Shown here piece after piece: positions 18,789-28,398 of a stretch of DNA of 64,000 nt. The stretch spans positions 10,021 to 74,020 of IMG/VR virus record IMGVR_UViG_3300017748_000003; one strand, given 5' to 3'. Position 1 is the first letter of the stretch; the number at the start of each line of letters is the position of its first letter. The notes under the pieces are model-generated. The model did not search any database, was not told the DNA's origin, and was given only the letters and a program-made list of their open reading frames with translations. The stretch is from a virus. The translations under genes and the position numbers were made by a program.

Positions 18789-19169
18789 TTACCCTATGTA
18801 AGCCAGCGTCTCCAAGCGGCTTGAATCTCTTATCGTCGTTGACGGCTGAGCGTTCATGCACTCCCAGGAAAATGTAACTCTAGCATTATCGACCATCGGA
18901 TTCTCGTGGAACGGGTCGCTAGTGTGATTGCGTCTGCGGAACGTAAGAAGGTTAGACCCTCGATGCCCTAGCAGTAAATCTGCTGAAACCATGTCCAACT
19001 CAAAGCCCCAAGAGTGCAGATGCTCATTAAGCCGGTTCAATGCCCTTCCGAAGCTGCCCTCACGGTCGTTACCGTTAAGGACTGCATCATCTGCGAACAG
19101 TCTGTTAAGCTCACGGCGTTCTTCGGAGTAAAGGCGGGCTGGCTGGTTTGGTAAAGTGTTTTCAGTCAT
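18789..19169 (-). CDS. hypothetical protein (leaderless)
   Basis: ATG 9 nt after -10. Confidence 0.6.
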   Translation of the reverse strand: MTENTLPNQPARLYSEERRELNRLFADDAVLNGNDREGSFGRALNRLNEHLHSWGFELDMVSADLLLGHRGSNLLTFRRRNHTSDPFHENPMVDNARVTFSWECMNAQPSTTIRDSSRLETLAYIG

Positions 19170-19178
19170 AACAAGATC

Positions 19179-19235
19179 ACTATAGCTCAAGAATGATTAT
19201 TTGCAAGCAATAAATATCTAAAAGTTAAACTTTTT
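19179..19235 (-). repeat. promoter cassette repeat copy A
   Basis: ~50 bp near-identical to 19600-19653 (ATAGCTCARGAATGATTATTTGCAAGCAATAAATATCTAAAAGTTAAACTTTTT). Confidence 0.85.
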
Positions 19236-19251
19236 GAACGGTGTGCAAATA

Positions 19252-19587
19252 TCAGGCATTTATTTCAGCCTCCCATACCGCAGGTTCCACAATCGCCTCC
19301 ATCTTACGATTAACCCAATTACGAATCCACCGTGGCAAATCATCGGCATTCTTAACAATCCAATCAATTAGTCGATTAGAGTGCGATGCACCCTCTACCG
19401 TAATTGAACGAACGTCAGAAACTTCAACCATGTGAAATCCAGGGTAGCCAGATCCATCACGGTAGTAACGAACCATACCCTCGTGAATAATGCAGATGTC
19501 AATATCAGCTTCGGCTTCGATAGTCCATCCATCTTCCTCTACGGTAAGGCAGTGACTAATTGTATCGTGTGCAGTGTAATCTCTCAT
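19252..19587 (-). CDS. hypothetical protein (leaderless)
   Basis: ATG 9 nt after -10. Confidence 0.6.
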   Translation of the reverse strand: MRDYTAHDTISHCLTVEEDGWTIEAEADIDICIIHEGMVRYYRDGSGYPGFHMVEVSDVRSITVEGASHSNRLIDWIVKNADDLPRWIRNWVNRKMEAIVEPAVWEAEINA

Positions 19588-19596
19588 AACAATATA

Positions 19597-19653
19597 ACCA
19601 TAGCTCAGGAATGATTATTTGCAAGCAATAAATATCTAAAAGTTAAACTTTTT
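19597..19653 (-). repeat. promoter cassette repeat copy B
   Basis: See copy A. Confidence 0.85.
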
Positions 19654-19656
19654 AGC

Positions 19657-20184
19657 CTAAGCATAAAGCGACACCTCAACGTGCTGCTCAGCCTTCTCAC
19701 GAAGTAAGCTCTGAAAATCTACTTCACGCTGCTTACGCTTACGGTCGTTATTCTCCCACGCTGCCCAATCATCAAGACAGTTAGAGTAAGGTCGCCGCTC
19801 TGCCGGAACTGAGATAAATCCATAATGATTGTTAAGCACTCCTGTATTCTCCAGATACGCCAAGTGCGGCCTTACGTAAGATAATTCAACTCCGCTAAGC
19901 TCACTTATCGTCTCAGCGTCAAGGTTAACCGGCATTGTCGGATCAAGGATAGACAGATCAATTTTAACGCCCTTACCAGCTTTAAGCATAGAACCGAACG
20001 CATTCCGTAACGGTGTGCGCTTACCTCGCGCCCGTTCAAGGCATGGACCCCATGCAATAAACGTAACGCGCTCTGCACCTACCGATGCTGCGGCTTCGCG
20101 TCGTATGCGCCATGCTTCACGCATAATGTTTGAGTTAACTTGATTTTTAATAAACTTAGGATGTTGGGATGCGATGTCATTCAT
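19657..20184 (-). CDS. hypothetical protein, possible winged HTH (leaderless)
   Basis: AETISELSGVELSYVRPHLAYLENTG resembles a wHTH. Confidence 0.55.
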   Translation of the reverse strand: MNDIASQHPKFIKNQVNSNIMREAWRIRREAAASVGAERVTFIAWGPCLERARGKRTPLRNAFGSMLKAGKGVKIDLSILDPTMPVNLDAETISELSGVELSYVRPHLAYLENTGVLNNHYGFISVPAERRPYSNCLDDWAAWENNDRKRKQREVDFQSLLREKAEQHVEVSLYA

Positions 20185-20193
20185 AACGAGATC

Positions 20194-20221
20194 ACTATAG
20201 CTCAGGAATGATTATTTGCAA
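20194..20221 (-). promoter_or_regulatory. promoter TTGCAA-N16-TATAGT
   Basis: Repeated family. Confidence 0.8.
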
Positions 20222-20242
20222 GCAATAAATGATATTAGACAT

Positions 20243-20284
20243 AAAAAAAACTGGCTCACCTCCAGTAAAGAAGATAAGCCAGTT
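20243..20284 (-). terminator. Rho-independent terminator
   Basis: AACTGGCTTATCTTC-loop-GGAGGTGAGCCAGTT followed by T-run. Confidence 0.8.
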
Positions 20285-20309
20285 CTAGTTAGGCATCTCG
20301 GCCTATAAA

Positions 20310-21212
20310 TTATAAGGAGCGTCTTACGTCATACGTAACTTTATGATTAGAACTATCCCAAGCAAACTTTAGCCATAAACAACCTAAGGGCTTAGGTGGC
20401 ATACCCCTAAGGTCTTCCCACGAGTCTTTGCCGAACTTGTTCTTAGCTGACGGTATCTTTAAGTGCAGCCTCTCGCTATGAACGAGGTTACCTTGCTGAC
20501 TTACCCTCACGGTAGACTGCGGCCATATCCAAGAGTCGTGAGTATGCCCACTAACCACTATGTCCACGTTGTCTAAATACACACCCTGTCTATTAGCTTG
20601 AATGGTATCCTTAGTAACGGGTCCACCGCCGCCGTAACCGTGAGTATGCCACATAACCACCGTCTGAGAGTAGCCTTTCTTCTGGTCCAGAGTCTTATGA
20701 TCTTTAAAGCAGATCCTAGTAAAGCCTGAGTATCGGTGTCGGATACACTGGCTTCCCTTTGCCCTCAGATTAGATACGAGCCTTTCAGTAAGGTTAGTTT
20801 CCCTGCGGTCGTGAATAGACTTCTCATGGTTCCCCGGACACATCCAAGCAAACAGGTCAGCGTAAGGGCTAAGATAGTCGGTAGCTGTGTTTACAAGAGC
20901 ATCCAAGTAATCTCCTGATGTGTGCTCTGGTCTTAGTGCTGACTTGCTTGATCTAGGGTCATACTTGCCTTGCATAGCGCAAAAGAAATCACCTACGTCA
21001 ATGATAGCGGCATTCATTTGCCTAGCCTGACGCAACTGCTCATTCATCATCTTATGATCTGAGTCAGGGTTGTCCCAATGCCTGTCAGCCCATAATAAAA
21101 CCCACCAATTCCAATCTCCGTTTCTAACTACCGGAACATCTATCCTTGCGGAGTCTCCCTCCCATGCGCTACTAAACAGGGGCTTTTCTTGAGGTATAAG
21201 ATCATCGCTCAT
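20310..21212 (-). CDS. calcineurin-like metallophosphoesterase
   Basis: DRH, GD, GNHE, THG and GHTH motifs. Confidence 0.85.
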   Translation of the reverse strand: MSDDLIPQEKPLFSSAWEGDSARIDVPVVRNGDWNWWVLLWADRHWDNPDSDHKMMNEQLRQARQMNAAIIDVGDFFCAMQGKYDPRSSKSALRPEHTSGDYLDALVNTATDYLSPYADLFAWMCPGNHEKSIHDRRETNLTERLVSNLRAKGSQCIRHRYSGFTRICFKDHKTLDQKKGYSQTVVMWHTHGYGGGGPVTKDTIQANRQGVYLDNVDIVVSGHTHDSWIWPQSTVRVSQQGNLVHSERLHLKIPSAKNKFGKDSWEDLRGMPPKPLGCLWLKFAWDSSNHKVTYDVRRSL

Positions 21213-21298
21213 ATATAAGGTATTTGGGGTAATAAATCGCAGTCCTCAAATACAACGATTACACTAAATGTGTATAAAGTCAATATAAAGTAAAGACA

Positions 21299-21553
21299 CT
21301 AAGTCTGCTCTCCAGATTTCTTAAAATCATCATACATAATTACCTTAAGTATAAACGTTAACTCATCAACCGCAGCATTAACCTGAGAGATCTCATTATC
21401 TATGCTAGTCATAGTATCATCATACTGCTCTAACATACCGGATAAGATAACTCCGTTGTCATAAAACGTTTCTCTCATCTTAAGCTTATGCTTAACTAGC
21501 TGAGATATTTTACGCTGCAAATACTCAATCCTTTGTTCAATAATCTGATCCAT
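21299..21553 (-). CDS. coiled-coil hypothetical protein
   Basis: 84-aa ORF. Confidence 0.55.
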   Translation of the reverse strand: MDQIIEQRIEYLQRKISQLVKHKLKMRETFYDNGVILSGMLEQYDDTMTSIDNEISQVNAAVDELTFILKVIMYDDFKKSGEQT

Positions 21554-21555
21554 AA

Positions 21556-21711
21556 TTACTCACTCCAAGCGATTAGTGATTTAGGGAATTTCTTCAGAAT
21601 CTTGTCTCGGTAAGCCTCAGCCTTTCGGCGGTTACCGTAAAACGGTATCACTCGGGTTTCTCCAACGGCAACGCCGTTGCTGTCTTTCAGTTGGTAACTC
21701 AGTTCAATCAT
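21556..21711 (-). CDS. hypothetical protein (leaderless)
   Basis: ATG 8 nt after TTGCAT-N16-TAGATT promoter (21720-21747). Confidence 0.55.
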   Translation of the reverse strand: MIELSYQLKDSNGVAVGETRVIPFYGNRRKAEAYRDKILKKFPKSLIAWSE

Positions 21712-21755
21712 AACATACCAATCTAGCACATATCCGAATGTATGCAAGCAATAAA

Positions 21756-23249
21756 TCACGCTATAAGCAATCTAGGCTTAGACTGAAGTAACTCATAAGC
21801 TACTGATACGGCATCAACCTGATCGTCATGTAAAGCCTCAGGGAAAAGCTCAAGCTCAGTAGTAAAGTCTAAATTCCATGCTCCACGGACAATAAATACT
21901 TTACCTGCCTCTACCAAGTTAATCCACGGCTGAGCACGCAGTAACTTTCCTCCTCTTGGTGGATTTTTCTTCTCCACTTTTACATCACCCATCAACTGCT
22001 CCCTAACATCTTGATAAACTGCATCAAAGCCGCCCACTCCTTCTACGCCTATCCTAAAAACTCTGTAAGCTTCTCTATCTACACGGCTAGTCTCTAATAT
22101 TCTTGCTCTCATTCTAGCCCAAGCTAACTGACCTTTAGTTACATCAATAATGTAAAATCTCTTCTCTCGATCAATAGCGCATAAAGCCCCTGCCGTGTAG
22201 TCAGAAGATTGCTTCTCAGTCAACGCTAAATCCCATCCACGAACCCACTCAACGTCTTTAGGGACTTCTTCAAGGGTAGTGTAATTTATTTTAGATACAT
22301 CAACCTGACCTGACGATGCAGCTACGGGTCTTCCCATGTATTGAGATTCCCACTCATAAGAGGGAATCATAGCTTTTTGACCTTCTAAGAATGAAATAGG
22401 TCTTTCCTCTGGAAATAAAGCATCTCCTATCTCTCTGCCTAAAGGATCATCTTCTGAGTTACAGATTGCCGGTAAATTAGTAACTTGAAATATTCTATCA
22501 GCCTGACCTGCATCTTGCAGTCTTTGCTTAGACTCTTCTGATATAAGGTGTCCTATAAGATCGTCAGGATGCCACCTAGTTCCTATAATGAAGATTTTAG
22601 CATCTTTAGAAATACGGCTAATACAATCACCGTAAAACCACTGAATAATATTTCTCCTTGAGGACGGCGACTCTGCTTCCTTACGTCCAGCATGAGCATC
22701 ATCAATGATAAGCCAATCAACCCTTCGTCCAGTAAGTTTAGATCCGGCAGACCTTATCTGAACAGAAGTGCCATTTGAGAATACCTTAGCGAATCTAGTG
22801 TTTTGACCCCATACGGGATGAACATCAGGGAATATCTGCTGATATATTGAACTCTCAGTTAGCGAGATAACTTCTTTCATGAAGTCAGCTAACAATGCTC
22901 CAGAGAATCCTGTCATCCCTATGTGTAAGCCTGGGAACTTTCCAATAAGCCAAGCAACTGCACGAACGCATAACATACGGCTCTTACCATGCTGAGGTGG
23001 AACTGAAATAGTTTGGTTAGGTCCTCTATCTCCAGACAAGACTTCAGTTACTATGGTAGCCAAGTATTTATGTAAATCACCTATCGTATAATTACGTGAC
23101 TCAACTTGAGGATGTATTATATGTAAAAACGAAAGAAGATCTTCCCTAGCAGCCTCAACAAGGGCCTCCATCACAGCTAAGTGTTCCTCTTGAGTAAAAG
23201 TAACTTGCTGGTCTTGTGGTTCAGCTTCCGGCATCGCCATCTCCTTCAT
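21756..23249 (-). CDS. terL: terminase large subunit
   Basis: PPQHGKS Walker A, LIIDD Walker B, GTRWH..D, GWDLA, HDDQVDA nuclease motif. Confidence 0.95.
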   Translation of the reverse strand: MKEMAMPEAEPQDQQVTFTQEEHLAVMEALVEAAREDLLSFLHIIHPQVESRNYTIGDLHKYLATIVTEVLSGDRGPNQTISVPPQHGKSRMLCVRAVAWLIGKFPGLHIGMTGFSGALLADFMKEVISLTESSIYQQIFPDVHPVWGQNTRFAKVFSNGTSVQIRSAGSKLTGRRVDWLIIDDAHAGRKEAESPSSRRNIIQWFYGDCISRISKDAKIFIIGTRWHPDDLIGHLISEESKQRLQDAGQADRIFQVTNLPAICNSEDDPLGREIGDALFPEERPISFLEGQKAMIPSYEWESQYMGRPVAASSGQVDVSKINYTTLEEVPKDVEWVRGWDLALTEKQSSDYTAGALCAIDREKRFYIIDVTKGQLAWARMRARILETSRVDREAYRVFRIGVEGVGGFDAVYQDVREQLMGDVKVEKKNPPRGGKLLRAQPWINLVEAGKVFIVRGAWNLDFTTELELFPEALHDDQVDAVSVAYELLQSKPRLLIA

Positions 23250-23823
23250 CTTGGGTAATAGCTAACTTCAAATCTGGCTTTGTAGCTAATACTCCTCTTA
23301 AAGCAGCTAACTTCTCCTCGTCGTTTAAAGTTCCCTCGTCTACAGATCCAGTAAGAAATACGCCGCCATCTGCATTTCCCACATCTACTCTCTCGCGCCT
23401 ACCGAACTCTTGAGGATTACGCCTTTCTAGGAACCATGCCGCCGCTTGCCACGACTTTCCAGAGCCAGCAGCTTTTTGTATAACCATAACATTTCTATGT
23501 TCAGCCTCTGCACAAGCGGATTCAATACGGTCATAAACTTCCTTAGCTTTACAGCCTTCTGGAGCTTTCTCACCTTCCTTTCTCCAGCGATAAAGTGCAT
23601 CCTTAGATATACCCGCTAAGCGTGCAGCGTTAGTATAAGTATTACCTGCGATAAGCGCATCGCATACCTTCTTAACTACCTTGTCATCAAAACGTCGATC
23701 TGGTCTACCTCCTTGATCTAAAGGAACGGTGTTACCCATAACATCAACCCTAGTAGCAACGCGCTCTTGGGTTTCAATAGCTCTCTTCCGTCTTCTAGCC
23801 CTGACTGCTTTAGTTACTCCCAT
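23221..23823 (-). CDS. terS: terminase small subunit
   Basis: HTH (AARLAGISKDALYRW), WQAAAWFLERR.P.EFG; overlaps terL. Confidence 0.8.
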   Translation of the reverse strand: MGVTKAVRARRRKRAIETQERVATRVDVMGNTVPLDQGGRPDRRFDDKVVKKVCDALIAGNTYTNAARLAGISKDALYRWRKEGEKAPEGCKAKEVYDRIESACAEAEHRNVMVIQKAAGSGKSWQAAAWFLERRNPQEFGRRERVDVGNADGGVFLTGSVDEGTLNDEEKLAALRGVLATKPDLKLAITQDEGDGDAGS

Positions 23824-23878
23824 AATACGTAAGGTTACATTTGCACGAATGGCAAACCATCAACGCTAAGATCTTTGC

Positions 23879-24493
23879 TTAGCTATCATCCTCAGCATTA
23901 GCCACAGATCTAGCTTTAGCTACAATCTCTCTAAACTCTTCTATGGTAAATACATTCTCCTCAAGACAATGTGGGCAAAGAAGATCGATCACCGTATCTT
24001 CTGTTTCTCCGTCAGAACCTTGAGAGGACCCAGGCGTGGGGACTTGCTGATCGAGCGGCTCCTCACCTTCGTCAGTATCATCTTGTGCATCGTTAAAAGA
24101 GCTTAGATCCATAATGTCTTTCCACTCCTCCGATTGAAAGAATCCAGCAATATTCTCCATTGACCCAGCACCGAGATCCTCAAGCTCTTTTTCAAGAGTA
24201 TCCATGTCCCACTCAGTAAACTCTCCAGCCTTATTGTCTGCGATCCGAAACTGCCTAGCCTTCTCTTCATCTAGTTCAACTTGGACAATCCTTACCTTCT
24301 CGTATCCAAGCTGAACCAAGGCCCTATACCTAGCGTGACCAGCCAAAATAACTCCGTCTTGGTCAACTACGATAGGCACTGTGTAGCCATATTTCTGTAT
24401 AGAGTCCTTAAGAGCGGCTACCGTATCATCGTTTTTCCTTGGATTACGCCAGTAAGGTCGGATGTCATTAATGCTAACTTCTACAATGTTCAT
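23879..24493 (-). CDS. ParB/Srx N-terminal-domain protein 1, C-terminal CPHC knuckle
   Basis: IRPY.RNPRKN, SIQKYGY..PIVVD, AGHARY.A, FRIADNK. Confidence 0.85.
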   Translation of the reverse strand: MNIVEVSINDIRPYWRNPRKNDDTVAALKDSIQKYGYTVPIVVDQDGVILAGHARYRALVQLGYEKVRIVQVELDEEKARQFRIADNKAGEFTEWDMDTLEKELEDLGAGSMENIAGFFQSEEWKDIMDLSSFNDAQDDTDEGEEPLDQQVPTPGSSQGSDGETEDTVIDLLCPHCLEENVFTIEEFREIVAKARSVANAEDDS

Positions 24494-24538
24494 TGAATGG
24501 TGGGGTAATGTTTTAGAATTAGTGATCGTTATATGCAT

Positions 24539-25105
24539 TTAATCGCCAAGTCTTGAATCAACGTAAAATTTTTCTGAACAATGACCGCACTTAATCTCTA
24601 CCATGCGTGAATGAGCCTCTTCATCTCTGTTCTTATAATGATTCTCGTTAGCCTCAAGCTTCTTATCAATCTGTTCTTGCGTGGGAGCTATCGCAGAGGC
24701 TCCAGCCTCATCTAACGACCCCATAATATTCTCTAACTCACTTTCATCATACCAATCAGCCATTTCTCCGGCTGCTGCTACTGCACGAAGTTCATCCTTG
24801 AGAAGATCGTGATCCCATACAGACATCTCAGAGATTCTATTATCAATAATACGGAACTCTCTGGCTTGCTCTTCTGTAAGATCTGACGCTACTAAAACCG
24901 TAACTTTTTCCCACTTAAGTTCCTTTATAGCTAACAACCTTGTGTGGCCTGTAAGGACTACGTTGTTTTCGTCAACCACTATTGGCACGTTGTATCCAAA
25001 CCGTTCGATAGATTTCTTTACGGCATTAATAGCGTCAGCAGAAGCCTTACGGGGATTCTTTTCGTAAGGCTTAATGTCAGTTATAGGTAAAACTTTTTTA
25101 TTCAT
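24539..25105 (-). CDS. ParB/Srx N-terminal-domain protein 2, C-terminal CGHC knuckle
   Basis: IKPYEKNPRK, SIERFGY..PIVVD, GHTRL.A, FRIIDNR. Confidence 0.85.
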   Translation of the reverse strand: MNKKVLPITDIKPYEKNPRKASADAINAVKKSIERFGYNVPIVVDENNVVLTGHTRLLAIKELKWEKVTVLVASDLTEEQAREFRIIDNRISEMSVWDHDLLKDELRAVAAAGEMADWYDESELENIMGSLDEAGASAIAPTQEQIDKKLEANENHYKNRDEEAHSRMVEIKCGHCSEKFYVDSRLGD

Positions 25106-25941
25106 TCTATAATTAATTGTTGGTGATTTTTCTGGTGAAATTCGTGAGCGGCCTGAGTCAGTGCTGAATCCCCAACGTGGAAGTCAACCCCCTTCATGGT
25201 CTTCATCATCACGTCCCACCCATCCTTGGCCCCCTTCGGCGGTTCGGCAGGAACTATATACTCCTCTGGGAGCCTGACAAGCGTAGTGTTACCAGTCATC
25301 TTTGCCCACATTCGGAACATCGCTTTCCCGTCAACGTGCTGAATGGCATGGACAGCACAGACCTTGTTGTAGTGGTAGTTAATCCCTCCGGCGAGGTAGG
25401 CGTGCAGGGAGTAGCTCAGGTCATCCCAGCAGAAGTTCCTGCCTTCGTGGAGCTTCATCATTCGCTTCGCGCTCGCCCTCGACATCATCATCCCGCCGCG
25501 CAGGTGAAGCATCACTTTCTTCTCGATGGTTGGCTTGTCCTTGCGGACGAACTCCTTCACGCGATTGACCGTGTTCTTGCTCTCAACCGTCACGACCCCA
25601 GTATCATGCCGCATCGCCAGAGGCTCGGCTAAGATGTAGGGCTTCGTCTCTTCGATGAAATACATATCATCGTCTGCAAAGCAGATGAGATCGTAGCCTT
25701 CCTGCAACGCTAGATTCAGACCAGCGAACCGTGCGCCTACCATCCCGATCATGTCCGGGAAGCTAAGCACCGACCTAACCTTCGGGAATGGGGAAAGCTG
25801 TTTTTCGGTCGGATGGAATCCCTGCGGCACGAGGATAATGTCCCATCCCCTAAGAGGCTGGTGCTCTTCCTCAGTCTTGAGGAAACGCCAGATCATCTCC
25901 TCTCGATGATGTACGCAGGGAACTATAACGGCTCTTCTCAT
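25102..25941 (-). CDS. GT-A fold glycosyltransferase-like protein
   Basis: VIVP strand, FADDD metal motif, WDDLSY; visibly GC-richer than flanks. Confidence 0.6.
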   Translation of the reverse strand: MRRAVIVPCVHHREEMIWRFLKTEEEHQPLRGWDIILVPQGFHPTEKQLSPFPKVRSVLSFPDMIGMVGARFAGLNLALQEGYDLICFADDDMYFIEETKPYILAEPLAMRHDTGVVTVESKNTVNRVKEFVRKDKPTIEKKVMLHLRGGMMMSRASAKRMMKLHEGRNFCWDDLSYSLHAYLAGGINYHYNKVCAVHAIQHVDGKAMFRMWAKMTGNTTLVRLPEEYIVPAEPPKGAKDGWDVMMKTMKGVDFHVGDSALTQAAHEFHQKNHQQLIIE

Positions 25942-26621
25942 ACGGTCATCTCTTCTTCCGGGTGCTCCTCTTTATATTTCTTTTTAGCCAAAAGCTGATT
26001 TTTCATTTCCCACGCTTTCTTATACTCTACGTCCTCAAATAGCTTACTAAATCCTGTAACGTGCTTAAGCCTTACAAGTTCGTCAGCCTCCATGCCAAGC
26101 TCAGCGCAAATCTCAGCATCAGACCAGCCATTATCTAACATCTCCAACACCATATTACCCATACCAGCCACCGAATGCTTACCCCGTGCGCGGTTATGCC
26201 TAACAGTAGATGCCATGCGATCATTAATCTGCTTGTCTAGGACAACGATAGGGAGGAAGCCCTTGCACCACTTCTTAATATCAGCGTTCATACGCATTGT
26301 GGTAAATCTGTGAAAGCCGTCAATGATAACATACTTATCTTTAGCCTCATCATAGATAGTAACCACAGGCTGAGTATAGCCGTCATGCTTAATCGAAGTG
26401 TATAGAAGCCCCATCTCAGTTTTAGCTACGGAGTTAGGGTTATAGTCATTCGCCTCAACTTGCTCTACAGGGACCCATCGTATATTGGCAATAGGTTGTT
26501 CTGAGAGAGGGCTACGATCAAAAATCCATTGAGAGATTTCTTGCTGCCTGTCTATCTTCTCTCTAGCGTTATCGCAGTCTGAGAAGAGGGACTCCAAGGT
26601 AGATTGCTGTTCTTTAGTCAT
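25938..26621 (-). CDS. ibrB: IbrB-like ParB/Srx protein
   Basis: ANDYNPNSVA..EM.LL..SI..DGYTQPVV, IDGFHR, RMASTVRHNRARGKH. Confidence 0.9.
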   Translation of the reverse strand: MTKEQQSTLESLFSDCDNAREKIDRQQEISQWIFDRSPLSEQPIANIRWVPVEQVEANDYNPNSVAKTEMGLLYTSIKHDGYTQPVVTIYDEAKDKYVIIDGFHRFTTMRMNADIKKWCKGFLPIVVLDKQINDRMASTVRHNRARGKHSVAGMGNMVLEMLDNGWSDAEICAELGMEADELVRLKHVTGFSKLFEDVEYKKAWEMKNQLLAKKKYKEEHPEEEMTV

Positions 26622-26681
26622 TAGTCTTTATACTCAATTACAGTTTTTGGTAAATTATCTAAGAGATAAAAGCTACACCAC

Positions 26682-27884
26682 TCACACAACGGAATCCTCG
26701 TGTTCGTCATGCGTTTGCACGATGGGCAAATCACCGTCTTTAGGGTCAGATGCTTCTGTAGCTTCTTTTCTAGCTTTTCGGTTAGCTTTGGCGATTCCAT
26801 AATTCTGAGGTGCAGCCATAAAATTATCCATCTTTACTCCCTCCCAATCATTACATAAAACAGCACGGGCTTGGCATTTATACATACCCTTTTCATTATG
26901 ACCAGCTAGGTCTAGCTCCATCCTAGCAAAATTTTTCTTAAATCTCTCTTTCCAATCTTCGTCTTCTATAAGCTTATCTAATAAATGATCCCTATACTCA
27001 CGCCAACCAGAGAACATTGGTGGAACTTCTTTTGGGAAATAATCAGCAAAGCCCATCTTACCTGCCATATCTATTCCTGAGATTCTTTGAACTAACTTCT
27101 CGTAAGTCTCAGGCTCCACTTCTTGAATTATAAATAAAGACCATACCGCTGTTTCATGGTGGACGTTAGATACTCGCATCTTACCCGTCTCAACCCCATA
27201 ACGATAAAAATGATCGTAAAGCTTACAGTAAGACCAGCCATGCTCGTGAATTGCCTTCCAGACATCAGTATATGACCAATCGTAAATAGGATAAAAGGTA
27301 AGATTAGGGTTCTCCTCCTTCTGAGTTATCTTAAGCTTTTTAACCCAAGTAACCCATTTGTGTCCCGGAGTTCCTGTAAGTCCAGCAGCGCGTGAAGGGG
27401 ACTCTTCTGCTCGGACACCAGCTAAAAAAGCTGTTCTCTTATCCGGCCATATAGCTTTTGGTATATGGGTAAACATCTTACTAAAACGATCAGTCCCTAA
27501 GTTGTTTTCTGTAATAGCGTAATCTTCCTTAGGACGAATCCACCGATCCTCCTCCTCAGGACTCCAGCACTGTAACCAATGCTCTTCAGTAGATGTAGCA
27601 TTAAAGAGCCTAAAAGGAACCTGTAACCAGTAAGGCTCAACATCAGGGTGCTCCATCTGCTCTCTTACAGCATCAATGGTAGCTTGCCACTCTGCTTCTT
27701 GATCAAGGAATAACACTTTAAGCTTCTCACCACGGGATTGAGCCTCAGCCAGAGCAAGTTCAAATACGATTGTAGAATCCTTACCCCCAGAAGAACTAAC
27801 TACGACGTTCTCAAATTCATCAAAGATCCACTTGATCCTCGCCTTTGCCGCCTCAAGAACGTTTCTATTTGAGTAAATTTTCAT
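26682..27884 (-). CDS. ibrA: IbrA-like PAPS-reductase-fold / DUF3440 protein
   Basis: NVLEAA..RI.WIFDEF, SGGKDS PP-loop, DQEAE, GVRAEES..R, YPIYDW...DVW, MRVS. Confidence 0.9.
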   Translation of the reverse strand: MKIYSNRNVLEAAKARIKWIFDEFENVVVSSSGGKDSTIVFELALAEAQSRGEKLKVLFLDQEAEWQATIDAVREQMEHPDVEPYWLQVPFRLFNATSTEEHWLQCWSPEEEDRWIRPKEDYAITENNLGTDRFSKMFTHIPKAIWPDKRTAFLAGVRAEESPSRAAGLTGTPGHKWVTWVKKLKITQKEENPNLTFYPIYDWSYTDVWKAIHEHGWSYCKLYDHFYRYGVETGKMRVSNVHHETAVWSLFIIQEVEPETYEKLVQRISGIDMAGKMGFADYFPKEVPPMFSGWREYRDHLLDKLIEDEDWKERFKKNFARMELDLAGHNEKGMYKCQARAVLCNDWEGVKMDNFMAAPQNYGIAKANRKARKEATEASDPKDGDLPIVQTHDEHEDSVV

Positions 27885-28396
27885 TCAGGTAGGTGACCTC
27901 CTTTTGATCCAGTAAGCAGTCCCAAGAGAAGAGGAATGGCTTCTTCTGGTGCGTAAGGTTTTGAAGAGTCAACCGATGCCGCAAGATAATATTTAGGCTT
28001 CTCTGTAGCATCCTCGCGTGGTAGCACGGCGTGAGGCGACCACGTATCCAGCAGGAAATAAGTCCCTCTAGTTAGGGGCAGACCTACTTTATTGTAGCCT
28101 GACAATTCATACTCATCTACGAAGAAAAGAATCTGCATGGTGTAACGCAGAAATCCCGGGTCAATATGAAGAGGCACACCCTTCTTCGCTCCAATGTAAT
28201 GAGGGTCCATCTCTGCTCTCTTATCGGGAGCACGCTTCCACGTCTTAAGGTATCTGTTTGGTCCTCCGAACACTATATCCAGTTCTTCTTGAGTAGGTGT
28301 CCATGCATCGTCAGGCAACTCAACGTAAGTAGACATCAGCACAGGGTTCGGTACCATGTGGGTTTCTAAAGGGTCTGTGTATTTAAAAGCTCCCAT
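27881..28396 (-). CDS. putative Fe(II)/2OG oxygenase (HxD...H double-stranded beta-helix)
   Basis: PLHID ... LLDTWSPHAV. Confidence 0.5.
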   Translation of the reverse strand: MGAFKYTDPLETHMVPNPVLMSTYVELPDDAWTPTQEELDIVFGGPNRYLKTWKRAPDKRAEMDPHYIGAKKGVPLHIDPGFLRYTMQILFFVDEYELSGYNKVGLPLTRGTYFLLDTWSPHAVLPREDATEKPKYYLAASVDSSKPYAPEEAIPLLLGLLTGSKGGHLPE

Positions 28397-28398
28397 AA

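Noticed and set aside
15630-20230. Repeats as a CRISPR array
   Set aside because: The repeats are promoters separated by whole genes of variable length; the Cas4-like nuclease sits in the recombination module with no other cas genes
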